Shown here: positions 29,872 to 37,727 of the stretch, piece by piece
Layout of the letters: each line of letters starts with the position of its first letter
How positions within the stretch are numbered: the stretch's first letter is position 1
DNA from: an uncultured delta proteobacterium
Lineage (GTDB): Bacteria; Myxococcota_A; Polyangia; Fen-1088
DNA length: 64,000 nt
Direction of reading: 5' to 3'
Assembly (NCBI GenBank): GCA_963755125.1
Contig: CAVWIP010000018.1
Location: forward strand, 227,010-291,009
The notes under the pieces: generated by a model
Databases searched by the model: none
Told to the model about the DNA's origin: nothing
The model's input: the letters and a program-made list of their open reading frames with translations, nothing else
Made by a program: the position numbers and the translations under genes

Positions 29872-30431
29872 CAGGAAACCCGCGGCCCGCTCTCGTGAAA
29901 ATGACGGGTCAGCATCACCGCGCCGATGACGGCCACCAGCAGCAGCAGAGAAATCGCCTCGAAGGGAAACAGGAAATCCGAGAACAGCAAGGCCCCCACC
30001 GACGCGACGGTTCCAAAATCCTTCACCGGCGGCGTCGCCGACGCCGCCAGCAATGGCAGCGTGCGCTCGTGCCCCACCAGCCAGGCGGCCCGGTAAAATA
30101 CGTAACCGGCGGCCAGAACTCCGGCAGCGCGCATGACCAGCCCCTGGCGCGCGATGGGCGTGGTTTCCTCGCGGTTCACCATCATGACGACAAACACGAA
30201 CAGCACCATGATGGCGCCGGCGTAGACCAGGATCTGCAAGACCGCGAGGAAGTGCGCCGACAAGGTAGCGAAGAGACCGGCCAGCGCCGCGAAGCTGAGC
30301 ACCAGCGACATCACGGCGCTCACAGGATTGCGCCGGGTGATGGTCATGAGGCCGCCTGCCAGAACGCCGGCGCCGAGAATGGCAAACACGATGGCCTCCG
30401 CCAGGCTCGCGCTGTGGGCAGCCGGGTTCAT
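29871..30431 (-). CDS. nuoJ: NADH-quinone oxidoreductase subunit J
   Basis: 'RNPVSA', 'QILVYAGAIMVLFVFVVM', 'PFEAISLLLLVAVIGA'; ATGA overlap with nuoEF. Confidence 0.93.
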   Translation of the reverse strand: MNPAAHSASLAEAIVFAILGAGVLAGGLMTITRRNPVSAVMSLVLSFAALAGLFATLSAHFLAVLQILVYAGAIMVLFVFVVMMVNREETTPIARQGLVMRAAGVLAAGYVFYRAAWLVGHERTLPLLAASATPPVKDFGTVASVGALLFSDFLFPFEAISLLLLVAVIGAVMLTRHFHESGPRVS

Positions 30432-32335
30432 GATGCCTGGGCCTTGGCCAGCCGGGCCTCGAAGTCGCAACGAAACTTGGTGAGAAAACCCAGCATGGGC
30501 CAGGCGGCTGCCTCGCCCAGGGCACAGATGGAATTGCCGGCGATGCCATTGGCCACGTCGGCCAGAAGCTCGATATCCCCCGGCCGACCGTCGCCTTCAG
30601 CCAGGCGGGTGCAAACCCGTGCCAGCCAACCCGTGCCCTCACGGCAGGGCGTGCACTGCCCGCACGACTCGTGGGCATAGAAACGCATGATACGGGCACA
30701 AAGGCCCACCACGTCGGTGCTCTCGTCGAACACCACCACGCCGCCCGAGCCCGCCATGGTCTTCAGCCGGCGACCGCTGCCCATCTCGAAAGCAACGCCT
30801 GGTCTCAGCTCCACGTCCTTGATGCGCGGATCGGTGGTGAGCGCGTCGAACTCGATGGGCACGTCGATCTCGCTGGCATCGAGCGGCGGCATGGAGCTTC
30901 CCCCGGGAATCACCCCACGCAGCGCCCGTCCCTGCGAAATGCCGCCGCACACGTCGTAGATCAGCTCGCGAAAGGAAATACCCATGGGCAACTCGTACAC
31001 GCCGGCCCGCTTCACGTGCCCCGACACGCACAGCAGGCGGGTGCCGCCCGACTTTCCCATGCCCGCCTTGGCGAACCATTCCCCGCCGTGGGTGACGATG
31101 TCGGGAACGTTCATCAAGGTCTCCACGTTGTTGATCACGGTGGGCTGGCCGAACAGACCTTTGATGGCGGGAAAGGGAGGCTTGTTGCGCGGGTATCCGC
31201 GCTTGCCCTCGATGGACTCCAGCATGGCGGTCTCCTCGCCACAGATATAGGCCCCGGCGCCCAGGTGCACGGTGATGTCGAGCTTGAAGGAACCATTCAC
31301 GCTCTGCCTCTCCCGGCCCAGCCAGCCCGCCGCGTAGGCCTGGTCAACCGCTGCCTGCACGATGTCCGCCTCACGCCGCAGTTCGCCCCGGATGTAGATG
31401 AAAGCGTGAGCGCACCCGAGCGCGAAGGCCGAAATGGCCACGCCCTCGACCAGCAGATGAGGGTCGCCGCCCAGCAACACGCGGTCCTTGAAGGTACCCG
31501 GTTCGGACTCGTCGCCGTTGCACACTAGATAGACGCGCTCGGCGTTCTTGGGCAGAAAGCCCCACTTGACCCCGGCAGGGAATCCCGCGCCTCCGCGGCC
31601 GCGCAGATTGGACTTCTTGACCTCATCCACCACCTTGTCCCGCCCCATGCCCAGCGCTTTCTCGAACGCCTGCCAGCCGCCCCGCGCTCGATACACTTCG
31701 AGCTTCTGGATGTCGGGCACACCGAAGTTCTTGGTGACGATCTTGAGCCCCGGAGTTTCGCGGTACCCGCTGCCCGAGGTTCCACAGGCCGGCAGCGTGG
31801 ACACGCCGGGCGCGGGCACGAGCGGCGACGATGGCTGGTGGGGGCCAGGTTCGTTCGCTTGCCGCCGCAACTCATCGATGAGCTTGTCCACCTTGTCGTG
31901 TGTCAGGCTGACGTAGTGGTGCGGGCCGCACGTCATGGTCGGGGCGTACGCGCACCCGCCCAGCCCGTCCTCTTCACCCAGGCTGAATAGACCGTCGGGC
32001 GTGGTCTGGCCAGGTTCGATGCCCAGGCGCTTCTCCAGATGGCGCAAAACATCGTGACCACCGCGCAGGGTGCAACCGAGATTGGTACATACGTGCAAGG
32101 GATAGCGGGCCGGCGGCTGGCGCAAAAACAACGTGTAGAAAGTGGCCACGCCGAAGACGTGCGACAGCGGGAGATCCAGAGTTCGTGAAACCAGTTCCAG
32201 CGCCTGGTCGGACAGGTAGCCGAATTCGTCCTGGGCCACGTACAGCACGCCCAGCAAGGTGGCTTGCCGGGTGGGATAGCACGCGAGCAGTCGCTCGATC
32301 TGTTGACGCGCCTTTTCGGAAAACTCAAGTGTCAT
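30428..32335 (-). CDS. nuoEF: Fused NADH-quinone oxidoreductase subunits E and F
   Basis: NuoE part 'VATFYT', 'CTNLGC'; NuoF part 'LRGRGGAGF', 'NGDESEPGTFKDR', 'GAGAYICGEET', 'ESCGQCTPCREG...CALGEA'. Confidence 0.92.
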   Translation of the reverse strand: MTLEFSEKARQQIERLLACYPTRQATLLGVLYVAQDEFGYLSDQALELVSRTLDLPLSHVFGVATFYTLFLRQPPARYPLHVCTNLGCTLRGGHDVLRHLEKRLGIEPGQTTPDGLFSLGEEDGLGGCAYAPTMTCGPHHYVSLTHDKVDKLIDELRRQANEPGPHQPSSPLVPAPGVSTLPACGTSGSGYRETPGLKIVTKNFGVPDIQKLEVYRARGGWQAFEKALGMGRDKVVDEVKKSNLRGRGGAGFPAGVKWGFLPKNAERVYLVCNGDESEPGTFKDRVLLGGDPHLLVEGVAISAFALGCAHAFIYIRGELRREADIVQAAVDQAYAAGWLGRERQSVNGSFKLDITVHLGAGAYICGEETAMLESIEGKRGYPRNKPPFPAIKGLFGQPTVINNVETLMNVPDIVTHGGEWFAKAGMGKSGGTRLLCVSGHVKRAGVYELPMGISFRELIYDVCGGISQGRALRGVIPGGSSMPPLDASEIDVPIEFDALTTDPRIKDVELRPGVAFEMGSGRRLKTMAGSGGVVVFDESTDVVGLCARIMRFYAHESCGQCTPCREGTGWLARVCTRLAEGDGRPGDIELLADVANGIAGNSICALGEAAAWPMLGFLTKFRCDFEARLAKAQAS

Positions 32336-32513
32336 CGGATCGCCTGGGCTCCCCTGTCTCCGTCGGCGCCAATCTCCGTCGTCAAACGCCCTCCGTCAAG
32401 GCGACGTTGCTCGTCTTGTGACGAAGTGTGGCCGCCGCTCTGCAGCGCAGGGTTCGCACAGGAAGCCCGGTTGGCCTTTTGACTGGCGTTGGCCAGGCGG
32501 GCGGGCTGGTGCT

Positions 32514-32540
32514 TCAGCCTTGGCTCTCTCCCGCCGATGT
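32514..32540 (+). promoter_or_regulatory. Putative sigma28 promoter upstream of the FleQ-like regulator
   Basis: TCAG-N15-GCCGATGT versus consensus TAAA-N15-GCCGATAA; same hexamer ends as the flgM promoter. Confidence 0.5.
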
Positions 32541-32552
32541 CTGAAAAAGGCC

Positions 32553-33863
32553 ATGGCAAACCGGTTCCTTCTCGTTGACGTCGATCCCGTCGGACAGGCA
32601 GCCCTCCAGCACGTCGCCGCGTCGCTGGAGGGCGAGGATGTTGTGGCCGCCACGGCGGAGGCGGCGCGAGCCCGGCTGCGCGCGGAAGCCTTCGATCTCT
32701 GCATCGTGGACATGAACATCCCCGACGGCGGAGCTCAGGTGATAAGCACTGCGCAGGCCTGTCAGCCGTGGATTTCGGTCGTGGGCATGGCCGGCCAAGG
32801 CACGGTCGTCGAAGTGGTCGAAGCCTTTCGCGCAGGCGCCAGCGACTTTTTGCCCCGGCCGTTCCACCATGACTTCGCGGTGGCGATCGTTCGGCGCCTA
32901 CTGCGAGAGCGAGCGAGCGGCATTCTGGGCGAAGGAACCAGCGGAGCGTGCCTTCTGGGCGAGCACCCGGCCATGAGGGTGGTCATCGAGCGAATTGGTC
33001 AGGCTGCCGATTCCGGCGCCAGCGTGCTGATCCGTGGCGACGAAGGCACCGGCAAGGAAGTCATCGCCCGCCTCATCCACGCCTGCGGCGCGCGCCGGGC
33101 GGGGCCCTTTGTCACGGTCCGTCCAGGAACCGACCAGCAGGCCTCGGCGGAGCCAGAGTCGTTCGCCTCTTCCGACGTGCGGCCTGCGGGCAACGTGCTG
33201 ACATCACTCGGCGGCACGCTTTTCCTCGATGACGTCGCTGGGCTCTCGCGCGAGGCACAGGTTGGTCTGTTGCGCGTCATGAAGGAATGGGGGAGCCTGT
33301 CGCCGTCCTCGGGGCGGAGTCTGCGAATCGTGGCCGCCACCACCCAGAACATGGAGCACCTGATGCGCGACGGCCAATTTCTGGAGGAGCTCTACTATCG
33401 CCTGAACGTCATCCCGATTGAAATTCCACCACTGCGCGAGCGGCCCGAGGACATCCCCATCCTGGTGGATCATTTCCGGCGCGCAGCCAACGCGCGCCTG
33501 GGCCGCGCTGTGCCCCCGTTCTTGCCCGATGTCTTGGTCCGGATGGGCGCCAGCCCTTGGCCAGGAAACGTCCGCCAGCTCGGTCTCACGGTGGACCGTC
33601 TGGTGTTGGCGGCCAAAGACCGAGCAGTGACCGTCAATGACCTGCCCGCGAGCCTGCGCACGGACGTGAGCAAGCTGGGGCCCTCGCTGGTCGACCTACC
33701 CCCGAATGGCCTCGACCTGCGCCTGCTGCTCGCCCAACTCGAGAGTCGGCTGATCGAGCAGGCGTTGCAGAGAACCGGCGGCAACAAGAACCGCGCAGCC
33801 GAACTCCTCGGAATGAATCGCACGACCCTGGTTGAGAAGCTGCGCCGACGATCGGTAGCATAG
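32553..33863 (+). CDS. FleQ/NtrC-like REC-AAA+-HTH regulator with degenerate sigma54-interaction domain
   Basis: REC 'DLCIVDMNIP'; Walker A 'GDEGTGKE'; no GAFTGA loop; Walker B 'LFLDDV'; 'LYYRLNVIPI', 'WPGNVR'; FleQ-like C-terminus 'LPPNGLDL...LIEQAL...RTTLVEKLR'. Confidence 0.85.
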   Translation: MANRFLLVDVDPVGQAALQHVAASLEGEDVVAATAEAARARLRAEAFDLCIVDMNIPDGGAQVISTAQACQPWISVVGMAGQGTVVEVVEAFRAGASDFLPRPFHHDFAVAIVRRLLRERASGILGEGTSGACLLGEHPAMRVVIERIGQAADSGASVLIRGDEGTGKEVIARLIHACGARRAGPFVTVRPGTDQQASAEPESFASSDVRPAGNVLTSLGGTLFLDDVAGLSREAQVGLLRVMKEWGSLSPSSGRSLRIVAATTQNMEHLMRDGQFLEELYYRLNVIPIEIPPLRERPEDIPILVDHFRRAANARLGRAVPPFLPDVLVRMGASPWPGNVRQLGLTVDRLVLAAKDRAVTVNDLPASLRTDVSKLGPSLVDLPPNGLDLRLLLAQLESRLIEQALQRTGGNKNRAAELLGMNRTTLVEKLRRRSVA

Positions 33864-34094
33864 ACGCAATATCTCCCAGGAGAACCCACAGGTAGGGAAC
33901 TCACACCGCTGAAGGTTGGCTCGATCTTGTGATGGCGCCGATGCCCCGCGCACGCGGGAACGCGACAAGGGAGACAGCTCACTGTCACCTGATTGACGGT
34001 GCAACGTCGGTCTGAACGTCATTGGGCTGACGATCGCGTGACTCGCCGTCCCCTGGATGCTCGTGATCCTGGGTGGTTAGGGTTTTCTCATCAG

Positions 34095-34110
34095 TGGCAT
34101 GACCGCTGCA
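34095..34110 (+). promoter_or_regulatory. Putative sigma54 (-24/-12) promoter upstream of fliA
   Basis: TGGCAT-GACCG-CTGCA: GG-N10-GC with close match to TGGCAC-N5-TTGC. Confidence 0.55.
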
Positions 34111-34123
34111 TTGGTCGGCCAAC

Positions 34124-34888
34124 ATGCCAAGAGTGACCCGCAAGAAAGCCAAGGCACGTAGGACACGCAAGCCGTCGGCAAAGATGCTGGCAGCGCGACG
34201 CCGGGAATACGCCGCGAAGTTCTTTCCCTACATCGAGAAGGTGGCGCGGCGCCTGGCGCGCCGTCTGCCGGCGCATGTTGAGATGGACGATCTGATTTCA
34301 TCCGGCGTGATTGGGCTTATGGAAGCCGCGGAACGCTTCGATCCCAAGCGTGTCGACCGGTTCGAGGCCTTTGCCGAGTTCCGAATTCGCGGCGCCATGC
34401 TGGACGACCTGCGCTCGCGCGACACACTCTCGCGCGACATGCGCCGGCTGTCCAACGAGTTGCGCGAGGCGACCCGCAAGCTGGAGTCACAGCTTGGCCG
34501 CACACCGGACAATGCGGAATTGGCTGAAGCGTTGGGGCTGAGCGTGCAGGAGTTGTACACACGCCAGCAGAAGCTGTCCGGCTCCTCGGTGGTGGGGATC
34601 GACGATGCGGGCCCTGATTTTCTCGATCGTACCCGCGACGAAAGCCAGCCCGACCCATTCGAGATGACGGCCCACCGCGAGACATTGGCGCGCCTGGTGG
34701 CAGGCATCGATGACCTTCCGGAGAAGATGCAACAGGTTCTCTCACTCTACTATTGCGAGAACCTGAACCTGAAAGAGATCGGGTACGTGCTGGGCGTCAC
34801 CGAGTCACGCGTCTGCCAGATCCACGGCGAGGCCACGCGCCGCCTGCGCGAGTCGCTGGGTGATCTGGGGGATTCAGCAGCGGCGTAA
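34124..34888 (+). CDS. fliA: FliA/WhiG (sigma28) family RNA polymerase sigma factor
   Basis: 'LPAHVEMDDLISSGVIGL', 'RIRGAMLDDLR', 'LYYCENLNLKEIGYVLGVTESRVCQIH'. Start could be 34184. Confidence 0.93.
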   Translation: MPRVTRKKAKARRTRKPSAKMLAARRREYAAKFFPYIEKVARRLARRLPAHVEMDDLISSGVIGLMEAAERFDPKRVDRFEAFAEFRIRGAMLDDLRSRDTLSRDMRRLSNELREATRKLESQLGRTPDNAELAEALGLSVQELYTRQQKLSGSSVVGIDDAGPDFLDRTRDESQPDPFEMTAHRETLARLVAGIDDLPEKMQQVLSLYYCENLNLKEIGYVLGVTESRVCQIHGEATRRLRESLGDLGDSAAA

Positions 34889-34931
34889 CCTCCGGCACCA
34901 GTTAGAGATTTGAAATATTTCCAGATCCGCC

Positions 34932-34958
34932 TTCAGATCTTGTGACAGACGCCGATGT
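34932..34958 (+). promoter_or_regulatory. Putative sigma28 promoter of flgM
   Basis: TTCAGATC-N11-GCCGATGT versus TAAAGTTT-N11-GCCGATAA. Confidence 0.55.
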
Positions 34959-34966
34959 GTGTGGGC

Positions 34967-35164
34967 ATGACACGCACAAGCGGGAGGTTGTCACGCACTG
35001 GCTCGGCCAAGGAATTTGCCCGTGCCGTGGGGGCACGCGGCGCTGACGTCTGCCGGGAGGCAAGGCTCGAAGAGCTGCGGCAGATGGTGGCGTCAGGGCG
35101 ATACCGGATCCAGCCGGAGAAGCTGGCGCTGAAGATCTTGGTTCGTGCCTTGATGCGAATCTAG
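34967..35164 (+). CDS. flgM: FlgM-like anti-sigma28 factor
   Basis: 'DVCREARLEELRQMVASGRYRIQPEKLALKIL' matches the FlgM C-terminal motif; directly downstream of fliA. Confidence 0.8.
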   Translation: MTRTSGRLSRTGSAKEFARAVGARGADVCREARLEELRQMVASGRYRIQPEKLALKILVRALMRI

Positions 35165-35192
35165 AAAGTAGTACCTTTCACCGGGAACGCGA

Positions 35193-36449
35193 TTACTCTT
35201 CCGCCTCCGCGACCTCGACGCGGTTGCGGCCGTTGGCCTTGGCCCGGTACATGGCCGCATCAGCAAGGCGCAGGAGCAGGTTCTCGCGCCGACGTTGGTT
35301 GCCTCCAGGGGCCAAATGTTCGCGGTAGGACGCCACGCCAATTGAAGCGCGTACGCCAGGCAGCGGCTGAGCCATCTGCTCGCCTTCCGATTGAGCATCG
35401 AAAATGGTCGCTTCGGCGATGATCCGCCGCAAGTCCTCGGCCGTCTGCACCGCGCGGTGGATGTCGCTGCCGGGCAGAATGGCAACGAACTCGTCTCCAC
35501 CGTAACGAGCCAACACTGCTGCCGGGGGCGCGTTCTCAGACAGAAGACGCGCGACTTCACGCAAGGTCCAACTCCCGGCCAGGTGTCCGTAGCGATCGTT
35601 CACCTCCTTGAAGTAATCAAGGTCGATGAAAAGCAGCGACAGATCCGTGGCGTTGTGGTCAGCGTGCGCGATCTCGTCCTCGAGTCGGACGTGGAAGTAC
35701 CGGCTGTTGAACAGGCCGGTCAGGTGATCCAAGCGCGCCAGGGCACGCGCGTGGATGGCATCAAGGGCGTTCTGGATCGACGAGGACATGTAGGCCGCGA
35801 AGATGCGCAGAAGCTCGTTGTCGCGCGCGCTGTAAGGACCTCCCGAGCGACGGTTGATGAGTTGCAGGACACCGCAGATCGATTCGCCCACGATCACCGG
35901 CATCCCGATCACCGATGCGATGGAACGGCCTGCACTGTGCGCAGGCATGGTGATCGACAGGGGATCCTCATGCGACAGGTTGTCGCTGCGACACGGCGTT
36001 CCCGAACGGTAGACCTGTCCGACGAAGCCTCGATCACTGGGAACACGTTTGCCCAACAACTGTGCCGTACCCGGGCCGTAGGTGGCGATGAAGGTCAGCC
36101 GCGGGGTTCTGATGCCCGCCAGCTTGGCGCGCGGATCGTCGAGCAGGATGCCACCCGACTCGGACGGCACGAAGTCATTGGCACGCTCGAGGATCTCGCG
36201 CAAAGCCGCGTCAAGGCGCACGTCCCAGCGCTCGGTATCCTGATCGCGACGAGCGCGCAGGAAGAAGCGGGCGATCTCCTCCGGTGAGAGCGTCAGAATG
36301 GGACCAGGCGCAGTCGGCGGGTTGGGAAGGGACGGCTCTTCGTCGACGATCTCCGAGGGTGCAGCGGCCCGGACAGCATCATCGACCTCGGCAAGGTGTT
36401 CGACGTTGCCGGCGGTCTCCGTGTCGCCAACCGTCACGCGGAACCTCAT
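35193..36449 (-). CDS. GAF-GGDEF diguanylate cyclase
   Basis: GAF domain; 'DHLTGLFN', 'DLDYFKEVNDRYGHLAG', 'ARYGGDEF', 'ADAAMYRAKANGRN'. Confidence 0.95.
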   Translation of the reverse strand: MRFRVTVGDTETAGNVEHLAEVDDAVRAAAPSEIVDEEPSLPNPPTAPGPILTLSPEEIARFFLRARRDQDTERWDVRLDAALREILERANDFVPSESGGILLDDPRAKLAGIRTPRLTFIATYGPGTAQLLGKRVPSDRGFVGQVYRSGTPCRSDNLSHEDPLSITMPAHSAGRSIASVIGMPVIVGESICGVLQLINRRSGGPYSARDNELLRIFAAYMSSSIQNALDAIHARALARLDHLTGLFNSRYFHVRLEDEIAHADHNATDLSLLFIDLDYFKEVNDRYGHLAGSWTLREVARLLSENAPPAAVLARYGGDEFVAILPGSDIHRAVQTAEDLRRIIAEATIFDAQSEGEQMAQPLPGVRASIGVASYREHLAPGGNQRRRENLLLRLADAAMYRAKANGRNRVEVAEAEE

Positions 36450-36519
36450 TGTGCTATCCAGCGTACAGGATCTTATGTCGATGTACCACCCACGCTCACG
36501 CGACCATCTGGTGAAAAAG

Positions 36520-37659
36520 CTAGCGCGACGGGTGCGCCGTCTGTGCGTCGCGGTGGCGCGACAGGATTTCCGCCAGGCGATCGAGTGGCAGCGCGGGCGC
36601 GAAGTGGCCGGAAGGACCAGTCATGTCCTCCGCCAGGCACAGGGCGTTCACGATGGCTTCCTCGGTGCACTCCACCACGGCCTCGTACAGCCCGTCGCAG
36701 ACCTCGTCGAGCAGAACCTCGATCGGGTGAATCATGCCCGAGGTGACGCGAGGGACTTTGTTGGCAGTGGAAAAACCGATCACGATCTCGCCTGAAGCGT
36801 GGGCTGCGAAAGACCCGACCCGGCCGATGCCCAGAGCGGCGCGCTTGCACAGGCGATTGATCTGCGACGACAGCAGGGGCGCGTCGGTGGCCACCACCAC
36901 AATGATGGAGCCGGCGTTGTGCACGCGCTTGTCTGCCCGGGAGAACTCGGGGTCGAGAATCTGGCCCACCGGCGCCCCCGCGATGCACAGCGAACGCATG
37001 ACGCCGAAGTTGCTTTGCACCAGCACACCCAGGCTGTAGGTGAGCGGGTCGGCGTTGCCGTGTGTCCCGTGGATGGTGACCTGGCGCGAACTGGTTCCGA
37101 TGCCGGCCTTGAAGTCACAGGTCGTGAGGCCCGTCCCTGCACCCACGCAGCCTTCCGCCACCGGGCCGCTCTCGGCCTGCTCGATGGCGCGATAGACGTG
37201 CTCGGAACGCACGTGCCGACCCACGACATCGTTGAGCCACGAGTCGTCGCACTCAGCCACGATGGGAATGATGACGTCGTATTCCGTGCCAATGCCGGGA
37301 AAGCGACGGGTCATCCACTTGATGGTGGCGTCCGAGACTTTGCCGACGGACATGGTGCTGGTGAGCAGGATGGGAGTTTCGAGGAGACCCCACTCCACCA
37401 CTTGGGTGAGCCCAGAAACCTCGCCGGCACCGTTGAGTACGAAGGCGCCAGCCAGAACCCTCTCGGCAAAGATGGGGTCAGGCGGCAGGATGGCGGTCAC
37501 GCCGGTGCGCACCGGCCCCTTGCCCACCACCAGCGGCCCCTCGCCCTGGACGAGCGTGGTGTGTCCTACTCGCACGCCTGGCACGTCGGTGATGGCGTTG
37601 AGCGGTCCCGTGGGCAAGTACCCGATGGCGAAACCGAGTTCGCGCAGGCGCTTTCTCAT
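36520..37659 (-). CDS. DmpA / peptidase S58 (P1) aminopeptidase
   Basis: 'NAITDVPGVRVGHTT', 'RTGVTAI', 'EGCVGAGTG', autoprocessing 'GSIIVVVATDAPL', 'EEAIVNAL'. Confidence 0.92.
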   Translation of the reverse strand: MRKRLRELGFAIGYLPTGPLNAITDVPGVRVGHTTLVQGEGPLVVGKGPVRTGVTAILPPDPIFAERVLAGAFVLNGAGEVSGLTQVVEWGLLETPILLTSTMSVGKVSDATIKWMTRRFPGIGTEYDVIIPIVAECDDSWLNDVVGRHVRSEHVYRAIEQAESGPVAEGCVGAGTGLTTCDFKAGIGTSSRQVTIHGTHGNADPLTYSLGVLVQSNFGVMRSLCIAGAPVGQILDPEFSRADKRVHNAGSIIVVVATDAPLLSSQINRLCKRAALGIGRVGSFAAHASGEIVIGFSTANKVPRVTSGMIHPIEVLLDEVCDGLYEAVVECTEEAIVNALCLAEDMTGPSGHFAPALPLDRLAEILSRHRDAQTAHPSR

Positions 37660-37727
37660 TGGCTAGCTCTGTTCTCTCGGTGCGCCCTGTGTTCTCTCTC
37701 TCGAAAAACACATAAGCCGATCCCGAC

